Shown: positions 12,209 to 23,129 of the stretch, piece by piece
Numbering within the stretch: the first letter of the stretch is position 1
How the letters are laid out: each line of letters opens with the position of its first letter
Source of the DNA: Prasinococcaceae sp. CCMP 1430
Taxonomy: Eukaryota; Plantae; Prasinodermophyta
Direction: 5' to 3'
Assembly (NCBI GenBank): GCA_013416795.1
Contig: RQSC01000907.1
Span: forward strand, 15,641 to 79,640
Length of the DNA: 64,000 nucleotides
The notes under the pieces: model-generated
What the model was told of the DNA's origin: nothing
What the model saw: the letters and a program-made list of their open reading frames with translations, nothing else
Databases searched by the model: none
Translations under genes and position numbers: made by a program

Positions 12209-13420
12209 CTAGTGCACAAGGCGCTCGTACGGCACCGTGTCGGCTCCGATCGCCGCCACTACGGCCGCGCTCCGACCGATCATCTCCGCGAGTTGTTCGT
12301 ACTCCTTGGGCTTCTCGCTGCGAATGGCATCAGACAGGAACTTGGGCGCGCAGCTGAAGACGGCCATTGTTGTGGCCGCCCCAAGCTGGTAGTCTCGCCA
12401 TGCGGCCTCCAGTGTGTACCGCGCCTTCGAAACGCGCCCGCTCGGATGGCTTGTCAGGGCCTCCCAATAGGCCTCCACGATAGGCCGGTCGCGCTCTTCC
12501 CCAGGCGTGCCGTGGACGGCCGACGTGCACATAAACCACGCCAAATCGAACACGCCAATGCCCTGACAGATCAGCTGCCAATCGAGGAAGACGACCCCTC
12601 CCGGAGCGGTCCTGTCACCGAAGAACAGGTTGTCGCTCCGGGCGTCGCAGTGGAGGAGCGTCCGCGGCCCCGACGAGAGCGCCGCTGCAAGCTGTTCGGC
12701 GCGGCGCTGGCATCGTTCGTGGGCGAGCCGCGACGGCTCTGGCAACTCGGTGAAGTAGGTCGAGCTAGAGAAGCTTTCCCACCACTCGCTGAATACCCGC
12801 GCCGGGTTGCGCAACGGATGTTCGGTCATGGCAGGCAACCACGCCGGGAGCGGGCGCTCCCAGCGCCACCGCGGCGCGTGTAGCTCTGCGAGGCCTTTCG
12901 CGACCGCGCGGCATTCCTTCTCCCCCGCGCCGAGGCTCTGGGGCACGTAGTAAATATCGGGTCTCAGGTCAAGATCCTCCATCACGTAGCAGTAGCGCTC
13001 GCCCGGGCCGTCGCTTGAGACCAGCAGGCACTCAGGGCTTCCGACGGATACCACCCGCGCCAGGTTCTTGAAGAATACGGCCTCCGTCTTGTATGCGTCG
13101 CACTCTCGGCCCGCCGCGTACGATTCGTCGTTGCTGGCGCAGGTCTTCACGATGAGGCTGGGCGGGAGTGTGCCCAGCGAGCCGGTCCCTTCCCCTGGCA
13201 TGGGCGTGGCGCCACCGGCATCGCGCGACGAGTACGTCACGCGGCAGCGCGCCACGTCGCTGATAAATCCCTGCAGCGACAGGGGTTCGATCGAAATCGC
13301 AGCAACATCCACACCGTCCGGTAAGAGCTCAGCCTCGCGCAGCGCTCGGGTGATGAAGTCGGCATCTACGTCCCAGGGCGTCGCGGGCGTCGCTGCATTC
13401 GACGCGCCGGGCGGGAAAAT
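12209..13420 (-). CDS. EcKL/choline-kinase-like phosphotransferase (APH superfamily); start codon uncertain
   Basis: PSLIVK (ATP-binding Lys), YVMEDL, LAELHAPRW, RTLLHCDARSDNLFF (Brenner-type HxDxxxxN) and VFLDWQLICQGIGVFDLAWFM. No intron evident in the kinase body. The ORF-track start at 13516 is a GTG. Confidence 0.85.
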   Translation of the reverse strand: MFPPGASNAATPATPWDVDADFITRALREAELLPDGVDVAAISIEPLSLQGFISDVARCRVTYSSRDAGGATPMPGEGTGSLGTLPPSLIVKTCASNDESYAAGRECDAYKTEAVFFKNLARVVSVGSPECLLVSSDGPGERYCYVMEDLDLRPDIYYVPQSLGAGEKECRAVAKGLAELHAPRWRWERPLPAWLPAMTEHPLRNPARVFSEWWESFSSSTYFTELPEPSRLAHERCQRRAEQLAAALSSGPRTLLHCDARSDNLFFGDRTAPGGVVFLDWQLICQGIGVFDLAWFMCTSAVHGTPGEERDRPIVEAYWEALTSHPSGRVSKARYTLEAAWRDYQLGAATTMAVFSCAPKFLSDAIRSEKPKEYEQLAEMIGRSAAVVAAIGADTVPYERLVH

Positions 13421-14562
13421 GTAGTAGGGGGTAGTAGCGCCCACGCGCGTCAGCGGGGACCGCGGACAACGATGGCGGAGGCGTCGCGAGGCCCGCGCGG
13501 CGGAGCGATTTTTCACGCAGCGCGCGGGATCGCACCCTCGTCCATGAGCGCGACGCGCGAAGACAGAGTGCTGGCGAGCCTCGATTTGACCATGCAGGCA
13601 GCGGTGCTAGGGCCACGGTCGCCGGAGGCAAGGCCGCCACCCGCTCCTCCGTCTCCCTCTTCAGCATCCGCCCCTGCCGCTCCTCCGTCGCAGCCATCAC
13701 GGCCCGCCAGAAAGGCGTCCACGGCGCTCACCGACGCAACGCGCGCGGCCGTGGGCGGCCCGCCGCGGCCGAACAGCGCGGCGGCGAGAAAGCAGGGCGA
13801 GAGGGAAGGGGGGGGGTTGAAGGCGCAGGCGCTCTGCTACCACTGCGGCGCGCCCGCGGGCGCGGACTTGCGCGCCGCCATCGACGCAGCGGGTCGGCTG
13901 CAAGGACAGCGCAGGCTGCTGCGCGCCAGGGCAAACGTCTCAAGCACGCGGCGGCGGCAGGCAGCACCAACGACGCCGCAACGGGCAGGGGGCCTGGCTC
14001 AGCCGATCGAAGGGCGCGGCGCGCGGGCCGTCGCGTGTGGCACCGCTGGCGGCGCCGCCCCTCTCTCGTCCTCGCAATCGTGGCACCGCGCCGGCATCGA
14101 GCGCGCGCCCATGCGCCCCCCGCGGCGCTGCCACTGCCAGCACGTTGCGCGGTGGCGAAGAAGAAGCCCACACGCGCGTGCGCAACGTGTCTATGAATGT
14201 GCCGCGCACAGCCACGTGTGAAATAATGATCGCGCAGCGCGCAGTGGCATTTGATGGAGCTTTCCAATGCCGCGCTCTGAATCGCGTACAATCTGATGGT
14301 GCCATTGGTGCGTTACCGGTACGGTAGTACCAATATCATGGTACAGTGCTACTAGAGGAGCTCCCCACTACTAGCTACTGCAGAAGAGACAAGTCTGTAC
14401 AGTGCGTGAATTGAATCACAAGAGACGACCGTAACCTGAGGTACCTGACCCTAAGCCGTCGGCGCGAGCCCGTCGGCGGGCCCGCCGGCGAGTTCGTGGG
14501 GCGTGGGCTCGACGGGTCCTCCGCGGGCTCCGCGGCGAGCCCGTCGGAGAAGCTGTCGGAGA

Positions 14563-15480
14563 CTAGCATCCGTGTCCACAGACGGAGCACGAGTCTCCGC
14601 AGCAGTCGAAGAATTGATGGCAGTCTTCGTCGCAGTAGCACTTCGACGAACATTCGCAGTTCTTGCAGACTCCTGCTGAGGCTTGGTAGTACTCCGCAGA
14701 ACAGTCGACGTCCGCGTTCTCGCACGACCCCAGCGTGGCCTCATCGCAGGCAACCGTCGGCGAGTCGGTCGGCGAGGCCGTCGGCGAGCCTGTCGGCGAG
14801 CTCGTGTCGGTCACCACTCCCGAGTCGAGGAGAAGCCCGCAGCCAGCGATGACCGTGGCAGAGGTGACATCTCCAGGCGGGAAGATGCTCGCTGACTGCT
14901 GTGCCGGAGCCTGCGTGAAGGCGTACTCGATGTAGGAGGAGCTGGTATCCGCCGACGTCGGACGCTCGGCCACAGCCGAGTCCGCCTGAAAGATCATGTT
15001 GACGGCCGTGATGTCGCCCCCCTCCGTAATGATGGCGCCAGTGAGCGCGACGTTGGGCGGGGAGTCGGGAAAGACCTGCCCAAAGTTGTTTCCTGCGAGG
15101 TAGATGTTAGACAAGCGTGCCGCGTCGCGATTGGGCTTCTCGGTGAAGAAGATCATGTGCGAATCTTCGACGGGCGAGTCTGGAGGGAAGTGCATTCTCA
15201 CGCTGCCTTTGACTGACGCGCCACCGTTCGCAGAGGAGGCATTGAGCTGCACGGTGCAGGTCGGGGCCGACTGGCTGAAGAGGCCCGACATGACCCCGGA
15301 CGGAGGCGGCGCGGGCCTGGGTAGAGGCGCGGCGTCGCTGGCCTGTGCGAGATGCCGCTTAGCTCCGACGCGCGGCATGTTGAGCGCGGCCGCGAGGAGG
15401 AGTGCGCACAAGCAGACGCGCGCGGGGCCACGCCCGGCGCGGGCGGCCGAGGTGGGGCGGCGCTCGGGGGATGGCATCAT
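14563..15480 (-). CDS. secreted protein with Ser/Pro/Thr linker and C-terminal Cys-rich somatomedin-B-like domain
   Basis: ATG at 15480, hydrophobic VCLCALLLAAAL signal-like segment, SSPTGSPTASPTDSPT linker, then CKNCECSSKCYCDEDCHQFFDCCGDSCSVC matching the SMB pattern CxCDxxCxxxxDCCxD. TAG at 14563-14565. Confidence 0.7.
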   Translation of the reverse strand: MMPSPERRPTSAARAGRGPARVCLCALLLAAALNMPRVGAKRHLAQASDAAPLPRPAPPPSGVMSGLFSQSAPTCTVQLNASSANGGASVKGSVRMHFPPDSPVEDSHMIFFTEKPNRDAARLSNIYLAGNNFGQVFPDSPPNVALTGAIITEGGDITAVNMIFQADSAVAERPTSADTSSSYIEYAFTQAPAQQSASIFPPGDVTSATVIAGCGLLLDSGVVTDTSSPTGSPTASPTDSPTVACDEATLGSCENADVDCSAEYYQASAGVCKNCECSSKCYCDEDCHQFFDCCGDSCSVCGHGC

Positions 15481-15934
15481 ATTCGGCAGGCGAGAGCCGA
15501 GCGTCGGCCCGAGCCGCCAGCAGCGACCGCGGGCGTCGGCGCGAGGCCGCGAGCGAGGGCACGAGTGGCGCCGGCGCGCCGTCACCGACGCACGAGCACG
15601 AGCAGGCAGGCCTAACACCGCCCGGGCTGCCTGACTGCACCTGCCGCGCGCCCCCTCATCGCGAGGAACCACACGTATGACTCGGAGGAGTCGTCGAGTC
15701 TTCACGAGAGGTTTGACGAGCTGACGCCGACGGGCGAACTGAATGGAAAATGATCTGATGGCTGAGACTCGGGTTTTGGGTACCGCGCAGTAGTTAGGGT
15801 TTACCACAGGAAGTTCGAGGTGACATGCCTTTTCATTGAGATTTGGGGGGTTTGGATGAGGTTCGAGATCACATGCATTTTCATATACCATCAGGATCGG
15901 GGCGAGCGCCCGTGCCCCGACGGAGGGCGCAGGA

Positions 15935-17395
15935 GTGCGGTCGCTGCCGCTGCCCGTGTCGAAGCTCGCCCGTTCAAGCAGAGGCGCGGCCTTGGTGGCG
16001 GCGACGGCCGCGCGCGCGCGCGACTTCGTCGTGGCTGCGCTCGCGGACACCGGCGGCGGGTGGGGCGGGGGCGACGGCGGCGAAGACGGCGAAGACGGCG
16101 ACTTCGCGCCGGCGGAGGTGGATGAGGGGGGGGCGAGCGATGCCGGCGTCGACCTCGCTGGCAGCGAGGACGGGCTCGGAGACGGCCTTCTTGATGACGA
16201 TGACGAAGAGGAGTTCGTCGTGTGGTCGCCTCCCACGAACGGGGGCGGAGACGGGGTGGGCGCGTGCGCTCCACTGGACGCGGCGGCACCCGCCGCGGCA
16301 CGAGCTACCGCCGCGGTCGCCGCCGCGCCCTTGGAGCCATCTGCCTTGGTCGCAGCTGCGGCTCGAGCCGCGGCAGCTGCTGCGGCCGCACCGGCCGTCG
16401 CTGCCATAGCGACTGCCGCCGCGAGCGCCCCTGCTGCGAGCGCTGCGCGATACAGAGGGGTGACCTTCGACCCCAAACGCCGCTGCTACACAACGCGCGT
16501 GTACCTTGGCAGGGACAGCCGAGGCTTGAAAGTCGGATCATTCCTTACACTCGAGGACGCAGTTGCTGCGTACGACCGCGCGGCGCCCGGGATCCTTCCA
16601 GACACGCCGGCGGGACGAAGGTGCGCGCATCATCGCCGTCACGGGCGCTCTCGCAATCGGCTCGCGTTCGTGCGCGCCTCTGACAGGGTAGCGGCTCCAC
16701 GCGCTCGTAGGCGAATGAAGGCCCGCCGGCTGTACCCCACAGGCATCTCGCGCGACAAAAAGGGGTTCCAGGCCAAATTGAGCGGGTCAGAGACAGTCGA
16801 TGGCAAGCGAGCATATGTTGGCCGCTTCAAGTCAGAGGAAGAAGCAGTTGCAGCGCGTGAGATGGCGCTGCAGCGCGTGCAGCGCGGCGAGCCTCCCAGG
16901 CCAGCGTCGCGCAAGAAGCAGCACTCGAAATACCGTGGCGTGACGTGGATTGAACGGAACAAGCGTTGGAGGGCGAATCTTGTAGATGGCAAGGGCATCC
17001 CACGGTACGTCGGCCAATTTCGCGACGAGAAGGCGGCAGCGCGCGCGTGGGACCGCGCAGTGAGGAAGGCGAGGGGACCAGGAGCCTTCCAGAACTTTCC
17101 CGCAGCGAGCCCGCCGAGCGCAGAGGACGAGACTGCAGAGGACGCTCGAGACGGCCCCTCCGCACTAGCAGGCGCGGCAGCCGAGGACGGCAATGGTGCG
17201 TCGGGGCCCACAGACATTCCGCAACGGGAGGCGACGAAGCCATCGCCCGACACGGTGAGGCGAGTCGCGCCTGCGCCACTGCGCAGCAAGCGCAAGCGCG
17301 GTCGGCCAAAGGCATGGTGGATTGGATCCGGCCGCGACGCGCTCCCACAAGACGGAGATGGGGGATGCCACAAACGAAATCGGCACATCGTATGA
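15935..17395 (+). CDS. AP2/ERF-domain protein with three AP2-like repeats; 5' end uncertain; probable in-frame intron 16621-16710
   Basis: RYRGVTFDPKRRCYTTRVYLG...VGSFLTLEDAVAAYDRAA; TGISRDKKGFQAK...YVGRFKSEEEAVAAREMA; SKYRGVTWIERNKRWRANL...YVGQFRDEKAAARAWDRAVRKARG...NFP. The 90-nt GT..AG intron has a CTGAC branch point. Confidence 0.85.
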   Translation: MRSLPLPVSKLARSSRGAALVAATAARARDFVVAALADTGGGWGGGDGGEDGEDGDFAPAEVDEGGASDAGVDLAGSEDGLGDGLLDDDDEEEFVVWSPPTNGGGDGVGACAPLDAAAPAAARATAAVAAAPLEPSALVAAAARAAAAAAAAPAVAAIATAAASAPAASAARYRGVTFDPKRRCYTTRVYLGRDSRGLKVGSFLTLEDAVAAYDRAAPGILPDTPAGRRCAHHRRHGRSRNRLAFVRASDRVAAPRARRRMKARRLYPTGISRDKKGFQAKLSGSETVDGKRAYVGRFKSEEEAVAAREMALQRVQRGEPPRPASRKKQHSKYRGVTWIERNKRWRANLVDGKGIPRYVGQFRDEKAAARAWDRAVRKARGPGAFQNFPAASPPSAEDETAEDARDGPSALAGAAAEDGNGASGPTDIPQREATKPSPDTVRRVAPAPLRSKRKRGRPKAWWIGSGRDALPQDGDGGCHKRNRHIV

Positions 17396-17595
17396 CTTGG
17401 CCTCCTCGTAATAATAGGGTCGTGCACGGCCGCGCGCTTCGCTCCCCTGCCCGATCGCGCACCACGCAAACGAAGCACCCTCGCTGCCACTCGCAACTCC
17501 AAGGGGAAGGACTGCCCGGGCCAAAGGGCGAGGCGCCCCCAGTCCTCGTTCCTGCCGCAGGTCGAAACGGGTGGCCGGAGGAGTCTATGCTGCGC

Positions 17596-19515
17596 TCACG
17601 AGACGACGCAGCATCCGCCTCCGCCCTTTTCCGCAGCCGCCGGCGCGGCGGGCTCGGGTGCCTTTCGCTCCTCCCGCGCCGGCGAGCGCGCTCCGGAGTG
17701 GGCGGGCGTCGACGCCTCTTCCGCAGGCGCGAGCGATGCGGCTGCGTCGGCAGGAGACGACGCGGCGTTCTCCGCCCTCGCTTCGGCCTCCGCCTGCGCC
17801 GCTCGCGCGGCCTCAGCCTCCGCGGCGGCCTTGGCCTCCGCGGCGGCCTTGGCCTCCCTCTCAGCCGCTTCACGCTTGCGCTTCTCAGCGAGCTGCGCCT
17901 CCTCTGCCTCAGCTGCCTCGCGCGCTGCAGCGTCCATGCGCGCGAGCCGCGCGGCGCGCAGCCTCGCAGCAGCGACGGCGACGGCGTCGGCGCGCTCCGA
18001 GCACTCTGGGAGCAGCGCACCGGCGGCGCCGCCGTCAGCGCCGGTGCGCAGCGTTTCCTCCTGCGCCATGACCCAGCGGCGCGCATCGCCTGCGGCTTGT
18101 GTTGCCTCGGCGGCCTCCGGCAGGGTTGCCACGTCTGCCCTCTGCGCATTCTCGTGCAGCTCCTCAGCGGCGCCGAAGAGCGCGTCGAGGGCCGCACGCG
18201 CGTCGGCATCGGCGCTCGCGCGAGCGCTCAGCTCGTCGAACAGCCCCCGAAGCCTCTGCAGGCGCTCGATCGCACCGCGCGACACGTCAGACTCGCGCGC
18301 ACTCTCGCTCGCATCAGCGAACGAGAGCGCCTCACGGAGCGTCTTCGAGAGCATGTGGCACTCCGCGGCATCTGCACCCGTCGGAGGTCCGCGCGAGAGT
18401 TCCTCCAGCCGTGCCGATGCGAATGCGCGCAGCTCGGCAACATTGGCCTCGCTGCGCGCCGTTAGAGGGGGCGGAGGTTCCTCCCCGGCGTCGGGTGAAG
18501 GGGCCGAGACGTCCTCTTCGGCGTCGGGCAACTGTTTTTCGCCTCCCTCGCCTCCCCCAGACTCCTCAGCCGTCTGTGTCTCCCACTCCTGCTCCCACTC
18601 CGCCTTGATGCTCGGGTTCGCAGCTTCGTCCGCAGTCGCGTCCGATGCGTCATCGCCGTCCCCTGGAGGGTCACCGACACCGACGGAGCTGTCGGCGATG
18701 CTCGCTGCCGTGTCGGGCTCCCACGCGCCTGCGTCGGTCACCGAGGCGTCGAGCGCGTCGAGGTCGAGGTCGTCTTCGGATTCGTTGACGCCTGCCGCGG
18801 CATCGTCGGCCTCTGTCGTCGCGTCTGCCTCTGCCCCAGCGCTTTCGCCCTCATCGCCTGCGCGCGGCGTGAGGACGAGACCAGCATCGACGTCGCCGTC
18901 GCTGAACCACCCATCGCTCCCCTCGTTGACGCTTCCCGCGCCTCCCACGGACATCGCATCGTCGTCGGCGCCCGCGCCACCGTCGCCTCCTGCGTCGCCG
19001 GCGGGCACGTCAACGGACGTCTGGCGACGGATGGGTGCGCGAGCAACGTCAGCACCGGCACGCGGGCATGGTGGGGCGGTCGTCGGGGACGACGGGCGTC
19101 CATGCTCTCCGCGCCGCGCTTCGGAGCCGGCCGCGGCGCGGCGCGCAGCGCACGCCAGCGGGCGCCCGCCCGCGGCCGTACCTCGATGTCTCCGCCACCA
19201 TGCTCGATGGACTCGTCGGCGCCGAACTCCTCAATGTCGACGCCGTCTGCCATGGCCACCTCCCAGTCCTCGCCACCGACGGTCGGCGCATCGGCCTGCA
19301 GCGCGTGCGCGCGCGCACGCACACAAGCACGCACGCACGCGCGCGCTCGCTCCCGCGCGCTCACGCGTCAGCGCCGCGCTCGCGCCCCCGCGCCGCCGAA
19401 TAGTACACGACCACGTGCACGCCGCCCTTGTGCTGCCACTCGCGCACGCCCGCCGCCGCGCCCGCACCTCCCACTCGTCGCCGCCGCGCGCGTCCAGCAG
19501 CGCGGCGCCATCCAT
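17596..19515 (-). CDS. acidic, Ala/Glu-rich coiled-coil protein ending in GGGGCCVVS; exons ~19515-19468, ~19295-19182, 19020-17596
   Basis: MDGAALLDARGGDEWE|GTGCG, then CAG|ADAPTVGGEDWEVAMADGVDIEEFG...GDIE|GTACG, then CAG|TSVDVPAGDAGG, in frame with the 17596..19008 ORF. The C-terminal CCVVS* is a CaaX/S-acylation-type motif. Confidence 0.7.
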
Positions 19516-19765
19516 CGCGCCCCCACTCTCCTCGTCGCCAGCGCGCCCAGGCGCGCGCCCAGGCGCAATCCCCGCCCCCCCCGCTCCCTTCTCCTCCCTG
19601 CGCCGGCCCCTCGCCCGCGCCGGGCGTCTGCCGTGTGCCTGCGCGAGAGCGCCCGCTCGCCCGCGCGGCCCAAACCGGCAGCTCCGCTCCGCTCCGCTCC
19701 GTCGGGGGAACGCGCGCGCGCGCGCGCGCGCACGAGAGTTCAAAAAGAATTCGAATACGGCGGGT

Positions 19766-19802
19766 CATCAATCAATCGATCAATCAATCAATCAATCAAT
19801 CA
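19766..19802. repeat. (TCAA)n microsatellite in a divergent promoter region
   Basis: catcaatcaatcgatcaatcaatcaatcaatcaatcaac seen directly. Confidence 0.9.
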
Positions 19803-20146
19803 ACGCCAGCCATGCGCCAAATTTCGGGTCAAAGTCTCGGTGAAAGGCGCCGAGGCGCGAGCGACTTTTTCCCCAGCGCGCAAATTTTGTGGGGGGAAAT
19901 GGATGGCAGATGGGAGGGACGCGCCGCCGACCAACGGTCGGCCGGTCGGTCGGGCGGGCGCCCGCGCGGCCAACAGGCGCGCGCTCGCGGCGCGCGCCAC
20001 ACGCGACGCCGCGCGCGGCTCTCCCTCGGCCGAGGCGCGGCCGCGCGCACCTCTTTTTTTTCCCCCACCCCCTGTGGTTTGGCGCCCGCTCGGCTCGTGG
20101 GTGTTGCGCGCAGGCAGCGGGCGCCGGCGAGGCGCGGGCGCGCGCC

Positions 20147-23012
20147 ATGGACGCCTCTGTCGACTCGATCGACTCGACCGGCTCGGCCGGCGAGTTTGAG
20201 AAGGACGCCGTGCGGGTGGACCCCGCCGACACCGGCGGTGGTCTGCCGCAGAGGCAGAGCTCGCTCGGCAAGTTCACGCGCCTCATGGGGGGCCGCATGA
20301 AGTCGGCGCAGCGCTCGGCGCGCTCGTTCTTCTCCGAGCTCAAGCAGGAGCTCAAGGAGGCGGCCGCGCCGCAGGCTGGCGCCGCGGACGCCGACGTCCC
20401 CGCGCAGGCCGGCGGCGACGCGGGCGCGTTGCACGGCGGAGGCTGCGACGTGCAGGCCCAGGCGCCCGCAGCAGACGCCGGAACGAGCGAGTCGGACACG
20501 GCGACAGCGAGGGGCCAGCAGCGAGGCGGTGGCAGAGGCGCAGGAGGCTTCTTCTCCTCGCTGGCGGCAGGGATTCGCAACGGAGGCGAAGCAGACGGGG
20601 AGCGCAATGCGTCTGACGAGCACGAGGTGCCCATGACGCCATGGGAGCCAACCATGCCGCACGAGCAGCGCCTCGAGCGCGCGTTCCGAGCGCGCATCCT
20701 CAAAGTCAGCAAGGAGAGCTGGCGCTTCGCGCAGGCTGACGGCGCGGGGGGGTCCGCGGTTGACGCATCCGCGCTGATGTCCGAGGAGATGGGCCCCGAG
20801 CCCGTCGACGATGCGCGCATGGTCCAGGCGAGGGCGGTGCTCGACGTGGACCCCGCGCTCTCGCGGCTGCGCTACACGCTTGTCCCGCGTGTGATGGAAG
20901 AGGAGGCCTTCTGGGCCGCGTACTTCAACGCGGTGGACGACGCCAAGCGCGAGGTCCTCACCGCCTCCGCCAGCGCCGAGGCGGCGTCTCACGAGCGCGT
21001 GATGAAGGCAGCAGCCATAGACTGGGATGACGATGCAAGCGTCGAGCGCGCCTCCGCGGCAGCGGAGTCTCACGACAGCGGTCGCGTCAACCGCGGCGGA
21101 GCGCACGCGGAGAACGCCAGCGGCAGCAGCTCGTCCGCGCGCAGGCCGCGCGCAGGCTCGTCGGTGCCCCGAGCGTCCGCCGCCATGTCCTCGGAGGGCT
21201 TGAGGACGCTCGCAGATGCGCTGGCGCTGGCCAAAGGCTGGCGCTCCATGGAGGCGCTCGCGTGCTCGCGCACCGGTCGTGCGCCGCAGGCAGCCGCTGA
21301 GAGCGGGGCCCCGCGCCCGGAGATGCTGCCGAGCGGCGCCGATGGTATGTCGCCAAAGCTTTGTTCGCGCGGGTTCGCGTTCGTGCTTGCGAGGGTGTGA
21401 GGACTGACCTGATGCCTTTTCGCGAACAGGTGATGACAGCATCGGCGGCGGCGGCGGCGGCGGTGCACGTGCCGACCTGAACGGCATCGGCCTCTCGTTC
21501 ATGCGGGGAATTCGCAACGCCCTCGACCGCGTCAATGCCGGCGTCGGCGACGGCTCTCCGCACATGGCCGCACTTGCTGCTGGCGATGCGGCGGCCTTGC
21601 TGGAGCCTGATGAGCGCTCGGCGCTTTACACGCTGTTCGACGTAGACGCGCCACGCGCTGCGTTTGACATGTCGGGTGGGGCGCAGGTGTCGATGGTTCC
21701 TCTCGAGATCGGCGCTGCGCCGCCGGCGGGATTCCTCAGTTGCCTCGCGATGGTGTTTTCTCTGCAGCACTCAGCACCGGCAATGGCGCGCTTCTGGTTG
21801 GCGTGCTGCGACGAATTTGCGTGGCACTGGACGCACGGCGTGCCGCTCGCGCGCGTCCCACTTGAGAGCGCACCGGACACGCGCTTTTGCCTGCTGCACC
21901 AGAAGCTCGAGCTGCTCAATTGTTGTATAGCGAGGCGTGCGCGCCGGCGGCGCTGGCAGGAGACAGAAAATGCTGTGAGAGAAAGGGCTCGCGCAGCCAA
22001 GCTCCCAGACGACGGCAGTGCGGTACTTCCTACCCGTGTGGGCGTTCTTCGCCGCCTGGGCGATTCGCGGCTACTATCGAGCGACGCGCCACTGTGCGTC
22101 CCGGTCACGCAGGAGTCGGCAGTGCTGAGCGAGGACATGATGCGTGAGACGGAGGAGCTGCTCATGCGCACCGGTAGCATGGGGGCGGGTGCACAGCAAC
22201 TGCAAGGCGACATTGCTGCCTTCAAGGCTGCGAACCCGGGCGCCGAGCTTACCGACTTTGTGCGCTGGCACAGTCGCAGCGACTGGCTCGTGCCCGAAGG
22301 CGCCTCTGAGGCGGAAGGCCGCCTGAGCGCGCGGATGGTGGAGGAGGGGAACATGTGGCAGACGCTGTGGAATTCCACGCCACCGCAACCCGCAGGTGAG
22401 CAGCCGCCTCTGTTCGATGAGCAGCACGTCGGTGACGGCGTGGTCGAGTACCTGCGCGGGCTTGCGCCTTCAGAGGTCCTCGAGACAGCTTTCTTGTCGG
22501 CGCTCGGCGCTGCTCACACCGCCGCGAGCGTCGCCAAGGGTGCCGACACGCCGCCGCTAAGCGAGGCACTCGCCGATGCGCGGGCCATCGCTGCGCAGAT
22601 GGCAGGACGAGGCATGAGTGAGACCAAGGTCGAAAACCTCGTGAGTGTGTTCGAGCAGCTAGAGGAGTGGCTGGTGAAGGCACACGACGCACAACGAGAG
22701 GAGGCGCGGCGGGCTGCGGAAGCGGAGGAGGCAGCGGCAGCGGAGGCGGCGGCAACCGAAGCAGCGGAGGACGCATGGGCGAAAGCTGCCGCTGCTGAGA
22801 TGGCCAAGCGCGCATCCGTGGAGGGCGATGCACCCGAGGCCGGGGCTGATGGCGACGTCGATCCTGAGGCCGTGGCTGAGGCGTCCGGCAACGAAAGCGC
22901 AGACGGCACCGCAGATATGCGCGCACCCCCACCTGCTGCCAACGAGGCGGCCGGGGTCACCCCTGCTGCGGTCGACTCGCAACCAGTTGCGGATGGCACA
23001 TCCAAGGACTGA
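20147..23012 (+). CDS. RAB3GAP1: BSD-domain / Rab3GAP catalytic-subunit fusion protein; exons 20147..21344 and 21430..23012
   Basis: Exon 1 has a BSD-like motif (LDVDPALSRLRYTLVPRVMEEEAFWAAYF). Exon 2 has Rab3GAP1 motifs PDTRFCLLHQKLELLNCCI, PVTQESAVLSEDM, LQGDIAAFKAANPGAELTDFVRWHSRSDW and RLSARM..GNMWQTLW. The 85-nt intron 21345-21429 (GTATGT..CTGAC..CAG) joins them in frame (phase 1). Confidence 0.85.
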
Positions 23013-23129
23013 GCTATACTGCACATGTCAAATCGCCTAGGTTGCAAGTGCGGCGACAACGCCGCGTGCGCCGAGGGGCGGCCGCACACAAGTAAAGTAG
23101 TTGCTATACTTGCTCGCGAGCGCTGCTGG

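Noticed and set aside
14563-16476. 637-aa version of the SMB protein
   Set aside because: The upstream ~330 codons are antisense to the AP2 gene and intergenic DNA. The signal peptide context points to the ATG at 15480.
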